Positions 42,266 through 52,526 of a DNA stretch of 64,000 bases are shown one piece after another. The stretch covers positions 278,412 through 342,411 of the forward strand of contig CAVZHQ010000007.1 of the NCBI GenBank assembly GCA_963775125.1, in the 5' to 3' direction. The position numbers and the translations under genes were made by a program. The DNA is from an uncultured Acidimicrobiales bacterium. Lineage in GTDB: Bacteria > Actinomycetota > Acidimicrobiia > Acidimicrobiales > SZUA-35. Numbering within the stretch: position 1 is the stretch's first letter; each line of letters begins with the position of its first letter. A model generated the notes under the pieces. That model did no database searches and was not told the DNA's origin. It worked only from the letters and a program-made list of their open reading frames with translations.

Positions 42266-45172
42266 GTGATCTACGCTCCGGCGGTGGATTCCCCCGTGGT
42301 TCGAGTGCTCGGACCAGTCTGTCTGCAGCGCGTTGATGGAGCCTTCGACGCGCTCCGCGGCCAGCAAGGAGAGGTGTTGAGTCTGCTGGCCGCGGCGTAC
42401 CCCGCGCCGGTCAGCCTCGATTCGTTGATCGACGCGGTCTGGGGGTTCGACGCGCCCCCTTCGGCCGCCACGGGGCTCCGGGTGGTCATGAACCGGTTGC
42501 GGGACCGGATCGGCCTGGGTGCCGAGACCATCGTGAACGAGAGCGGTCATTATCGGCTTCGACTCGACCGGTCGGCAATCGATCACGTTGTGTTCACCGA
42601 TGCCATCGCCGAGGCGAGGACTGCGGCCGACCGGGGTGACTCGGCTCGGGCGGTCGCCCTCCTCGAAGCCGGGTTGGCCCTGTGGCGAGGCGATGCCTTC
42701 CAACCTCACGAGAGCCAATGGGTGCAAGGGGTGGCGCAGCGGTTGACCGATCAGCGTGCATCGGCCGAGGACCTGCTTGTCGAGGTGCTGCTCGAGTGCG
42801 GCCGAACCGAGGAAGCCCTCACTCGGTTGAGTGCGTTGATGGCCGACTTCGAGCTGCGGGAGAGGCGGTGGGAGCTGCTGATGCTGGCGCTGTACCGCGA
42901 TGGGCGGCAGGCCGAGGCGCTCCGCACGTACCAGCAGGCGGCGAACCTGTTCCGTGAGGAGATGGGGCTCGATGTCGGGCCCGGTCTTCGGAAGCTCGAA
43001 CAGGCCATTCTCGATCACGATCCGTCCCTGCTGCCCTCGACACCGCGGGAAGCAAGAGCACCGGCCCCAGCGGGGCTTGCGCTCGCCGATCTCGTGTCGT
43101 TGCTCAAGGTTCAGCCCACCGCCGTCCCGGTTGCCGGGACCGCCATCATCGGGCGAGCGGGCGAGGTCGAGGAGATCCTCGGGCTGCTGACCCACCATCA
43201 GATGGTCACGGTGCTGGGCCCGCCGGGCGTCGGGAAGACTCGGTTGGCCGGTCAGGTCGCTCGAAGCCAATCGGGCAGGCGCGTTCTCTGGATCGATCTG
43301 ACGGCGTACTCACCCGATTCGGTGGTTCAAGCCATGGCGGACCAACTCGATGTCCGTGCTCCGGTGGCGGAACTGGCGATGGCGGTCGCCGACGCGCTCG
43401 ATTCCGAGGCCACGCTCGTCGTACTCGACAATTCCGAGCGCGTCGCCGACGTTGCCGGGTTGTTGGCCGAGACCCTGGTCCGCCGATGCCGAGATCTTCA
43501 GGTGGTCGCTACCAGCCGAGTCCCGCTTGGCTGTGAATCCGAGACGCGCTTCCCGCTGGGCCCGCTGTCCCCTGAGCACGCGCGTCAGTTGCTGCTCGAG
43601 CGAACCTATGGTGCCGGCGCAGAGGCTGCACGAGCGATCTCGCAGCTGCACGATCGTTCCCTCGACGAATTGGTCGCTCGGCTCGACTGCCTGCCGCTGA
43701 CGCTCGAGCTGGTAGCGAACGCGTTGCGAACGAAATCGTTGTCGGAGGTGCTCGCTGCCCTCGCCACATCGCCTGAGGTGCTCGCTTCCCCGCGCCGAAC
43801 CGATGGGCGCCACGAACGATGGAGTACCGCCCTCGACTGGTCGGTCGACGCGCTCGGCGCCGACGACCAGCGGGCGTTCGACCACATCGGGGTGATGGCC
43901 GGCCCGTTCCGCAGCCGGGACCTCCAACGACTCGCAGGTGGCGGCACGGCAGGGGCGTTGGTTGAGCACTCCCTGTTACGCACGGCGGCCGAACACGAGC
44001 ACTTCGTCGCGCTCGAAACCATTCGAACCCACGCCCGTAGCCGGCTCGAACAACGAGGCGAGTTGGCCGTGGCGCGGACCCGGCACGCCGAACACTTCGC
44101 CGGTCTGGCCGGTCGGGCGGTTGTGCGGAGCCACGGAGCCGAGGAGCCGCAAAGCGTGGCTCGATTGTTGGCCGCCGGTGCCAACCTTCGGGCTGCCTTC
44201 GAATGGGCGATCGAGCATGGCCTTCCGTCGGTGGCGGCCGACCTGGCCGACCACACCTGGGAACACGCGTTGTTTCGGCTGGAGTTCGGGTTGTTGGCGT
44301 GGGCGGATCAGGTACTCGACCGCTTCGGTCCCGACACCCCGCGCTATCCCGAGATGCTGGCGACCGCAGCGCTCGGAGCCTGGGGAGACGGCGACTTCGC
44401 TCGCGCCCGAGAACTGGCCGAACACGCCGAAACCGAAGCCGACGCTCACCAGGTCCGGATCCCGAGCCGAAGCATCCAGGCCCAGTTCAACGTGGCCAGC
44501 CAGACCGGTCGACCGGGCGACGCCGAGAATCTGATCCTTCGGCATCTCGATTGGTGTCGGCGAGCGAAGGATGTGCGGCAGGAGTCCAGTGTCCTGGTGA
44601 ACGCCGCGGTCGGCCTTGCGGTTCTCGGTGATCCCGTCAGCGCAGCGAGCCTGGCGGAGTCGGCCTACACCCGGGCCGCAGCGACCGCCAACCCCTCGAC
44701 CCTGGCCTGGGCGACCTACGCCCGGGCGTTCGTGGGCGTGCCGTCCGATCCGGCGAAAGCGAGCCTCGAGTTCACCGAAGCGGCTCGTCTTGCCCGAACG
44801 GTCAGGAACCGCTTTGTTCTCGGGGTGTCGCTCACGGGTGCGGCACTTGCCAAACGCCGTGCGGGCGAGGCCGCGCTTGCGCGGTTGCTCCTGGCCGATG
44901 CCATCGAGCTGTGGACCCGTGGCCGGATGCTGGCGCAGCAGGCCTGGGCGCTGAAGGAGGCGGTCGTGCTGCTCGACGCCGAGGGGCACCACGACGAAGC
45001 GACCAGAACCGCCCGATCGATCAGTCGCCTCGGCCCCGGCCAGATGCTCCTACCCGAGGACGAGGCCGTCTTCGCCGGAGTGGCCGCCCGCACGAGCCCG
45101 AGAGCATCATTCGCCCAGGACAGCCTGGTGCCGTCGGTGCTCGGTGCGCTGCGCGGCGAACCGCAGCCCTGA
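42266..45172 (+). CDS. SARP/AfsR-like regulator (wHTH, BTAD, ATPase, TPR)
   Basis: LIDAVW..PPSA, LALWRG, LRERRWELLMLALYRDGRQAEAL, GPPGVGKTRLA, LDN and LPLTLELVA. Confidence 0.92.
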   Translation: MIYAPAVDSPVVRVLGPVCLQRVDGAFDALRGQQGEVLSLLAAAYPAPVSLDSLIDAVWGFDAPPSAATGLRVVMNRLRDRIGLGAETIVNESGHYRLRLDRSAIDHVVFTDAIAEARTAADRGDSARAVALLEAGLALWRGDAFQPHESQWVQGVAQRLTDQRASAEDLLVEVLLECGRTEEALTRLSALMADFELRERRWELLMLALYRDGRQAEALRTYQQAANLFREEMGLDVGPGLRKLEQAILDHDPSLLPSTPREARAPAPAGLALADLVSLLKVQPTAVPVAGTAIIGRAGEVEEILGLLTHHQMVTVLGPPGVGKTRLAGQVARSQSGRRVLWIDLTAYSPDSVVQAMADQLDVRAPVAELAMAVADALDSEATLVVLDNSERVADVAGLLAETLVRRCRDLQVVATSRVPLGCESETRFPLGPLSPEHARQLLLERTYGAGAEAARAISQLHDRSLDELVARLDCLPLTLELVANALRTKSLSEVLAALATSPEVLASPRRTDGRHERWSTALDWSVDALGADDQRAFDHIGVMAGPFRSRDLQRLAGGGTAGALVEHSLLRTAAEHEHFVALETIRTHARSRLEQRGELAVARTRHAEHFAGLAGRAVVRSHGAEEPQSVARLLAAGANLRAAFEWAIEHGLPSVAADLADHTWEHALFRLEFGLLAWADQVLDRFGPDTPRYPEMLATAALGAWGDGDFARARELAEHAETEADAHQVRIPSRSIQAQFNVASQTGRPGDAENLILRHLDWCRRAKDVRQESSVLVNAAVGLAVLGDPVSAASLAESAYTRAAATANPSTLAWATYARAFVGVPSDPAKASLEFTEAARLARTVRNRFVLGVSLTGAALAKRRAGEAALARLLLADAIELWTRGRMLAQQAWALKEAVVLLDAEGHHDEATRTARSISRLGPGQMLLPEDEAVFAGVAARTSPRASFAQDSLVPSVLGALRGEPQP

Positions 45173-45191
45173 CGAACCGCAGGCCGAGAAC

Positions 45192-45247
45192 CGGCAACCG
45201 CGTGCAGCACCACACCCCCCAGCGGTGCACACTGCACCCGGTTGCCG
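45192..45247. terminator. Hairpin between convergent genes (possible bidirectional terminator)
   Basis: CGGCAACCG...CGGTTGCCG with inner GTGCAG/CTGCAC and CACC/GGTG pairing; no U-tract. Confidence 0.5.
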
Positions 45248-45259
45248 TAGGTCGGGCCG

Positions 45260-47702
45260 TCATCTCCTGCACCCAGTGGGCCACAGCGCGCGGTCGATCG
45301 CTTTCCCGCCCGGCTCGGCGTGACGCTTCGCCAGTTGGTTCTTGTCGCTGACGGCTCGCCGGAAGGGACGGCCTTCGCCTTCGGCCATGAACGGACGCAA
45401 CCAGAACTCGCCCACCGCCTCGACCAAGTCCCGGGTCAACCCCCGAGTCGGGCCGAAGCGCAAGAGACCACGCAGCGTCGTCGCGGTCAGGGTCGAGCGG
45501 ATCCGACCTGGTCCTTCGGCGAGGAGTAGCAACTCGGAAACGTCCGGGTCGCCAATGGCGTGGAACAGGCCGCCGGCGAGCCAGTCGAGGGCCCGAGGAA
45601 AGCCGTCGGCAACCCCCTCGACGAGCGCTTCGCCCAACCGGACACCGTCGAGGGATCGCCGCTGTTGATGACAGCGGATCGCCTCGGCCATCACCAGGGC
45701 CTCGTCGTAGCTGAGGGGCTCGAACCCAGCGTCGGTCTCGTGCCCGAGCAGGGAGAGCGGCAACCCGAGGAGATGGCCGACACCGCACCAGAAGCGGGTG
45801 TAGCGGTCGCGATCGGCAGGAGGCACGTCGATGCCGAGACGCTCCATGAGTTCGAGTGGGGGAACGGCGAAGCTGAGCACGGTGCCGAGAAGGTCCTCCT
45901 GGTTCAGCGGTTGCCCATGCGAAGCGACATCCCAACCGGCGTCGAGCAGTTGTCGAGCGACCAAGGTGTGGATGGTGCGCACGCCCCGGACCGACTGGTA
46001 GGCCGGTCCGTGGCGAACCAGGTTTCCGGAGGACCAGCTTTCGTCTCGTTCGAACAGATCGTGCAGGAACTGCGCAGTTTCCCCCACCCGCCGAACCGGG
46101 TTGGTGGCCAGGTCGGAGACCGAGCCGAGGACCTTGACCCCGTGGGCCGCGGAGTAACTGTCGGGAAGGGATCGGAACAGGAGGCCCATGTACATGACGG
46201 TGGTCCACCGTTGGAACAGGGCTCGCGCCGAGGCAACCGTCTCGGGATCGAACAACGCGTCGGCGCGTTGTGCTGCCCGTTCGAACTCCTCCGCAAGGTG
46301 GCTCCACGGCGCAGCGGCGAAGTCGGTGGCGTGGACCGACCGGATCGGGGCGTCTCGAAGTAGTGGATGGTCGTCGGCGACGCCGGGCAATCGATGGGTT
46401 GGCCGAGTGCGCAAGGCGTCGAGCCGCGCCTGCGTTGGTGCCCGTGCGGTGATTGGGCGGGCTGGTGATGCAGCGATGCGTGCTTCGAGGCGGCGCAGCC
46501 GAAAGCGAATCGGTCGCCTGGCCGCTGGTCGACGGAGCGCACCATCCACCCAGAGCGATGGGTCCCGTTGTTCATTGGCCATGAAGCACAGAATGAACGC
46601 CAATCGGTCGTCGAGTCCTGACCAGCAGCGGGACGCTCGGCCATCGACGTCGAGCAGTGCCCAGATCCCGTCCAAGAGATCGTCGTCGTCGATCTGGTCG
46701 AGTGGACGAGCGCTCAGCACCGGGCCGAGGGCACGGGGGGTGATCGGCACTGCCTCCGGGTTCGTCGGGTACGGCTTGCCGACCTTGACGACGCGTTTGG
46801 GGAGCGCGATGGAAATGACGTGCCGGGTCGCCGCGTGGATCCACCAGTGCTCGACCCTGAGCTGCCATGGCCGCACGGGTCGTTGCCTCCACCGGTACCG
46901 GCTGGCAAGGGGAGTCCACCACGTCGTGAGATGTCGAAGCCAGGAGCGAAAACCCACGGCGATCGTGTCGTCCAGAAGCTGTTGCTCGTGCATTGCCAGC
47001 AGGGTGTTGCCGAGGAGGATCGACCGGGAGCGCCGAACGACGGCTTCGGGCGACGACGCACCCTTGAGCGCCAGCGCGTTCCGGTAGGCCCGGAAGCCGC
47101 GGACGAGGAGCTGTCGGTCCGCGGTCGCTGCGCCCGTCAAGTCCGTCACGGCCGGGCCGACCGAAAGTGCCGTGCCGGGCACCGGCACCAGTGTCTGCGT
47201 CAGTCGGCGGACGCACTCCTCCCACGCTCGGTCGACATCGCGGCCGTAGCGATCGGCTCTGCCGACCGTGTCGAGAAAGGACACGTGTGCCCGGCTGATG
47301 TCGGCGAAGACCTGGCGGTTTCCGTGGCCGAACGCACGAGCGATGAGGCGTCCAGGTGCGATCGACACGGTGCCGAGGTAGTTGCCGATGGCGTGAGAGG
47401 CCCACTGGCCGAAGGTGCACCACGTGGCGTCCGTCGTGCCGAGACAGTCGGCCATGGCGGTGGCCAGATCGCCGTAGGCCTCGGTGATGAGTTCGTTGCG
47501 CAAGGCCGGAGCCATGGGGGTGAAGGCAACGCTCATCATTCGAGGCATGTCGACCGCCCGGCGCGACAGCAACGGCTGCCAGGAGAGAGGGCTTGACGGA
47601 GCGCTGGGCTGATTGTCGCGGGGCTGATTGTCGCTGTGCTGATTGTCGCGTTTTTTTTTTGTGCTGATTAGCGCTGTGCTGACCGTGGTCGGCCTCGTGC
47701 AC
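45260..47702 (-). CDS. Uncharacterised N-terminal domain fused to an MpaB/DUF2236 (Lcp-like) heme oxygenase domain; A10 tract out of frame after codon 14
   Basis: C-terminus RRVGET, VRGVRTIHTLV, WD..HGQPLNQEDLLGT and FWCGVGHLLG. N-terminus RNELITEAY..ATWCTFGQWAS..GNRQVFADI..HEQ. GGAGG then GTG at 47702; an alternative in-frame ATG is at 47548. Confidence 0.8.
47608..47674. repeat. 15-bp tandem repeats interrupted by a T10 homopolymer
   Basis: GCTGATTGTCGC at 47608, 47623 and 47638; T10 at 47651-47660; GCTGATTAGCGC at 47663. Confidence 0.92.
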
Positions 47703-47784
47703 GATCCCTCCGTGTGCCGTGTCGCCCGAATGGTTTCCGGCGAGTTAACGAGTCGTTTACAGCCCTTCCCTAGGTTGAGCGGTG

Positions 47785-47913
47785 CGAGGCCATGGTTGCC
47801 TCGGCCCACAGAGCCTTTGCGGCTGAGGATAGTCGCCCATCCTCAGCCGCAAAGAACCAACGGAGGTTTGGTCGTCCTGTCCTTGGAGGGAGCGGGACGA
47901 TCAGACCTCCGTT
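47785..47913. other. Cluster of three intergenic hairpins
   Basis: 6-bp stem at 47785-47803; perfect 16-bp stem at 47815-47854 (8-nt loop); 19-bp stem with 2 G-U pairs at 47859-47913. Confidence 0.85.
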
Positions 47914-48032
47914 CTGCGATTCGGCCGATTTGTCTCGGTCAGGGCGGGCGAGCCTCCCGAATCTGTCGTGTCCGGTGCACTAGCGTGCCGGGCATGTCGA
48001 TGAGAGTGATCAACGCAGCGGGCGACGGGTTG

Positions 48033-49008
48033 ATGGTGCTCTCCGAAGAAGCCCAGGTTCGCCTGAGTCGCATCGCGACCGACCTGCAGACGACGACCGA
48101 CCTGCACGGTGCCCGACCTGACCGATCTCGTTGCCGTCGCGCGGTGGCGAGCCGACCAACACGCGGCGTGGGGTGACGATGTGCTACCCGACGAACCCCC
48201 ACATCAGGAGATTCTCGCAGGCGGCGTCCGCACGCTGTGGGCCGGTCCGGCCTTCGATCGCACCGGTCCGGCCCCGACCGCCGTCGTCTATCTGCACGGC
48301 GGCGGCTTCTGCCTCGGGTCGCCCGGCACGGCGGCACCCATCACCGCGCGGTTGGCCCGGCCCAACGGCGCCGATCAAGGGCTCACCATCGTCTCGGTCG
48401 ACTATCGCCTGGCTCCGGAACACCCTTTCCCCGCGGCTCTCGACGACGCCGAACGAGTCGTGCACACACTGCTCGGCGGCCGGCGCCTGATCCTCGCCGG
48501 CGATTCGGCCGGCGCCAGCCTCGCGTTCGGTCTCTGGCAGCGGCTGGGCGGCGAGCGGGTGGCCGGCATCATCGGTCTGAGTCCGCTGCTCGACGTGCGC
48601 CCCCTGTTCGGCCGGCGCAGTGCTTCACCGCTGAACGGCTCGAGCCTCATTGCCGCGTACGTCGGCCGCGCCGACCCAGCAGACCCATTGGTGTCGCCGT
48701 CGGCCATGACCGAGCCCCAGCTCGCGACCCTTCCCCCGGTTCTGCTCCAGACGACACCCGGCGATGCGCTGCATCCGGCAGCAGTGTTGTTCGCCGAGAG
48801 GATCGAAGCCGTCGGTGGCCTCGTCGAGCACCAGGTGTGGGAAGGCCTGTGGCATGCATGGCAGTACCACCGGGAGCTGCCCGAAGCACAGGCCGCGGTC
48901 GATCTGGCCGCCGACTTCGCCCGGACGCAGCTTGCTCCGGCCGGGGGTGTCGACCGTCGACCGACTTCGGCCTCCACTTCGGCCGCCCGAACCTTGGCCT
49001 CCAGGTAG
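48033..49008 (+). CDS. Alpha/beta hydrolase fold esterase/lipase (HSL family); probable frameshift near 48108
   Basis: YLHGGGF, VDYRLAPEHPFPAALDD, GDSAG and WHAW. Upstream MVLSEEAQ... is in another frame. Confidence 0.88.
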
Positions 49009-49044
49009 TCGGCTGTTCCAGGTAGTCAGGTGTCCCAGGTAGTC
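49001..49044. repeat. Three copies of CCAGGTAGTC at a 17-bp period between convergent stop codons
   Basis: Copies start at 49001, 49018 and 49035. Confidence 0.85.
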
Positions 49045-50884
49045 AGTTGTAGAGCGCGTCGATCTCCTCGGCGAATCGGGCGTGCACACCGCGCCGCTTC
49101 AGCTTGGAGGTTGGGGTGAGCAGGTCGGTGTCCGGCAGCCATTCCTCACCGAGGATCTTCAGCTTCTTGACCTTCTCGGTGTTGTTGAACTCGGCCATGG
49201 CGTCGGGCAACGCGCCTTCGATGGCGGCGACGAGCTGAGGATGCTCCGCCAGTTCGGCGAGTGAGGCGTAGCTGATGCTGTTGGCCGCAGCCCAGCGCGG
49301 CGCGGCGTCGGGGTCGAGCACGACGAGCGCGGTGACGAAGGGGCGTTGGTCTCCAATGGCGCAGGCCTGGCCAACGAGCGGAATCATCTTCAGGCGGGCT
49401 TCGAGGTTGGCCGGGGAGAGGTTCTTGCCGCCGGCGGTGATGATGAGCTCCTTCTTGCGATCGACGATCTTGAGGTATCCCTCGTCGTCGAACTCGCCGA
49501 TGTCGCCGCTGTGGAACCAGCCGTCGGCATCGAGCACCTCGGCGGTCCTGTCCGGCAGGTTGAGGTAACCGCGGAAGACATTTCCGCCGCGGCAGATGAC
49601 CTCGCCGTCTTCGGCGAGGGCTACCTCGACGCCGGGGCAGGCGACGCCGACGTAGCCGGCCTTGACCCGGGAACGCTCCCAGGTCATCGGCCCGGTGGTC
49701 TCCGACAGCCCGTAGATCTCCGACAATGGAACACCGATCGTGCGGAACCAGCTGAGGATCTCGGCCGGGATCGGTGCCGCGCCGGTGATGGCCGCTTCGA
49801 GTTGGTCGAGGCCGACGAGTTCACGGATGAGACGGAAGGCAACATCGTCGAGGAACTGATAGGTGTCGATCTCCTCCTGGGATGCCGTCCCCATGGTGAT
49901 CTTCTCCTGAAGAGGAGCCGCGGCCGCGATGCCGTCGTTGACCGCTCGTTGTTTGTCGGGGTCAGCGGCGAGCGCGGCATTGACGCCTGCGTAGATCTTC
50001 TCCCAGACCCGAGGCACGCCGAACATCACTTGGGGACGCACCTCGCCCGCGTAGCTGGCAATGAGGGTGGGATCGGGACAGCAGGTGATCTCGTAGCCGA
50101 CGGTGAGGGCCTGGTAGTGGCTCACCATGCGCTCGGCGATGTGGGCCATCGGCAGGTAGCTGATGACCCGCATCCCGGCCATGCGGTCAGCCTCCCAACC
50201 AAAGGAACGACGCAGACACTCTGCGGTCCAGACGATGTTGCGGTGGTCGATCATGACGCCCTTGCTCGGGCCGGTGGTTCCCGAGGTGTAGATGAGCGTT
50301 GCCAGGTCATCGGGCCGGGCAGTCGCCGCCGCGGCGGCGAGGTCCAGGGGCTCGTCGGCGAGGAGATCGGCGTAGGTGAAATCGGACGACGTGCCCGTAG
50401 GCGACACGACACCGATGGCGGACAGCTTCGGAAGATCTGGCCTGGCCGCTTCGAAGAGGCGCAAGAAGGCGTCGTTCTCGACAACGGCGAGCGTCGCTCC
50501 GGCGTCGGAGGCCAGGTATCGGATCTGTTCGACCGATGAGCTGTTGTAGATCGAGACGGGCGTGGCCCCAAGGAAGAGCGCAGCGGTGTCGAGCACATGG
50601 AACTCGTACACGTTGCGGAGCATCAGCATCAGTCGGTCGCCTCGGCCGAGACCTCGGGCCGACAGGCCGGCGGCTGCCCGGGCGACGTCGTGAGCGAACT
50701 TGTCCCATGTGACCTCGGACCAGGCCTCTCCGGCATCGGTCGACGTCCTCCATCGAAACGCAACTCGGGGACCGTTGCGGCCCAGCATGTCGAGGAAGAC
50801 CAGCGGGATGGTCTTGCCCTCGGAAAACGCGTCGATGTCGGCAGCAGCAACAGTCATGGCCGACAGGTTAGCGCTGGTCGACAA
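49043..50884 (-). CDS. Long-chain fatty acid-CoA ligase (FadD15/FadD11-like)
   Basis: YTSGTTGPSKG, YLPMAHIAER, YGLSET, WFHSGD, DRKKELIITAGGKN and LTPTSKLKR. Confidence 0.93.
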   Translation of the reverse strand: MSTSANLSAMTVAAADIDAFSEGKTIPLVFLDMLGRNGPRVAFRWRTSTDAGEAWSEVTWDKFAHDVARAAAGLSARGLGRGDRLMLMLRNVYEFHVLDTAALFLGATPVSIYNSSSVEQIRYLASDAGATLAVVENDAFLRLFEAARPDLPKLSAIGVVSPTGTSSDFTYADLLADEPLDLAAAAATARPDDLATLIYTSGTTGPSKGVMIDHRNIVWTAECLRRSFGWEADRMAGMRVISYLPMAHIAERMVSHYQALTVGYEITCCPDPTLIASYAGEVRPQVMFGVPRVWEKIYAGVNAALAADPDKQRAVNDGIAAAAPLQEKITMGTASQEEIDTYQFLDDVAFRLIRELVGLDQLEAAITGAAPIPAEILSWFRTIGVPLSEIYGLSETTGPMTWERSRVKAGYVGVACPGVEVALAEDGEVICRGGNVFRGYLNLPDRTAEVLDADGWFHSGDIGEFDDEGYLKIVDRKKELIITAGGKNLSPANLEARLKMIPLVGQACAIGDQRPFVTALVVLDPDAAPRWAAANSISYASLAELAEHPQLVAAIEGALPDAMAEFNNTEKVKKLKILGEEWLPDTDLLTPTSKLKRRGVHARFAEEIDALYN

Positions 50885-50899
50885 GGCGCAACCTGCGGA

Positions 50900-52090
50900 T
50901 CAGGGCCGCTCGACCCCCGGTCGGGGGAGGCCGATCAGGAGGGCCAAGGCCAGTGCCTCGAGGGCACAACACAGCAGGATCACGAGTCGATACGAGTCGG
51001 TTCGATCGATGATCCATCCGGCGGTGGGTGGGCCGATCAGGCCACCCAGTCCCTGAGCGGTGTAGAAGAGTCCGAGGACAGAACCCAAGCCGACGACGCC
51101 CATGCGCTCGGCGATGACAATGGTGCTCAGCGCAACGAAGCCGCCATACCCGATACCCAGCACGACGACGAAGGACAGGAGCAGCCGGTAGGAGCTTCCG
51201 GCAACGAGCCAGAGCAGGAAGCTGACCGACAGCAGGGCGAACGACAACCGGTAGAGCGGCATGGAACCGAAGCGACGAACCAGACCGCCGAACCCGATGC
51301 GAGCCACGATGCTTGCCCCGCCGAGCGCTCCGACCAGCACCGCCGCCGCAACCGAATCGACCCCGCGCTCCTTCGCGTATTGTCCGACGAACACAAAAGG
51401 AACGAACAGGGCGAGACCCGAGACGAATGCCGACTGATGAAGCCGACGGAAGGCGGGTGAGGCGAAGGCGGCACCGAAACGTGCCGGTTGTACTCCGGTC
51501 TGCCCGGGGGGCCGGTCGATCAGGAACGTGCAGAGAAGGAGCACTCCGGTGCCCGCCACCGCAAGGATCACATAGGTGTCCCTCCATCCGTAGCGGTCGA
51601 TGAGGGTGGCCGACAATGGGGACGTCACCATGGTGCCGGCGCCGATCCCTGCCACCGCGAGCCCGACAGCAGCGGGGCGCTTCTCCTGGAACCAGCCGCC
51701 GACAGTGGCGACCATCGGGATGTAGCCGCATGCCGCAGCCAAGCCGACGCCGGCGCCGTACGTGACGTAGCCCACGCTGAGCGACTGCACCCGGCTCGTG
51801 GCGATGAGCCCGATGAACAACGACGCCGCCCCGACAAGAAGCACGGGGCGAGGGCCGAACCGGTCGGCGGCCCGGCCGGTCGCGAGGCTGAGCCAGAAGA
51901 AGCTGAACGTGGTGACGCCGAAGATGATGGCCGTGGCGCCCCGTGTGCTGCCGAACTCTTCGGCCATCGACGTGAAGAACGCGCCGAAGGAGTAGGCGAT
52001 GCCGAGGGTGACGAACGAGGAGAAGAAGGTTGCGATGACGGTCAGCCACGCCCGCGGCGAATCGATGAGGGGCGAGACGGGTTCGATCAC
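50900..52090 (-). CDS. MFS transporter (OFA/MCT-like)
   Basis: About 12 TM segments; GRAADRFGPR and GWFQEKRPAAVG. Confidence 0.9.
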   Translation of the reverse strand: MIEPVSPLIDSPRAWLTVIATFFSSFVTLGIAYSFGAFFTSMAEEFGSTRGATAIIFGVTTFSFFWLSLATGRAADRFGPRPVLLVGAASLFIGLIATSRVQSLSVGYVTYGAGVGLAAACGYIPMVATVGGWFQEKRPAAVGLAVAGIGAGTMVTSPLSATLIDRYGWRDTYVILAVAGTGVLLLCTFLIDRPPGQTGVQPARFGAAFASPAFRRLHQSAFVSGLALFVPFVFVGQYAKERGVDSVAAAVLVGALGGASIVARIGFGGLVRRFGSMPLYRLSFALLSVSFLLWLVAGSSYRLLLSFVVVLGIGYGGFVALSTIVIAERMGVVGLGSVLGLFYTAQGLGGLIGPPTAGWIIDRTDSYRLVILLCCALEALALALLIGLPRPGVERP

Positions 52091-52096
52091 CTTGAG

Positions 52097-52468
52097 CTAC
52101 TGGGCGTCTGAGTCGGCCAGGTCGAGGACGTGGACCGCGACGCCCGGCTTGCCGTGCCAGAAACAGACGAGCCCGGCGATGTCGGCGGCCTCGGGAATGG
52201 GCGTCGGGTAGGACCAGACGACGTCGGGGTGAACGGTACCGTTGGCCGCAACACTCCAGTAGGACGCCGTTCCCTTGTAAGGGCAGACCGAGGAGGTATC
52301 GGTCGTGGTGAGATGGCTCATGGTGACGTCGTCCGTCAGGAGGTAGTACCGAACCGGGAGGGAGCCTTCGTGAAGCTCGACCGCTCGTTTCGAGTCGGCA
52401 ACGAGGACGCCCCCGACGGTCACCTGGATCCGGTGGTTCGAGGGGCGGGTGCTGATGTGCTGGGTCAC
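52097..52468 (-). CDS. DUF427 domain protein
   Basis: LHEGSLPVRYY, CPYKGTASYW, WSYPTP and IAGLVCF. Confidence 0.92.
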   Translation of the reverse strand: MTQHISTRPSNHRIQVTVGGVLVADSKRAVELHEGSLPVRYYLLTDDVTMSHLTTTDTSSVCPYKGTASYWSVAANGTVHPDVVWSYPTPIPEAADIAGLVCFWHGKPGVAVHVLDLADSDAQ

Positions 52469-52526
52469 GAGGTTCTCCTGCGGGTCTGTTTGTCCAACCC
52501 TTCGGTGACACCGTAGCGTCGCACCC

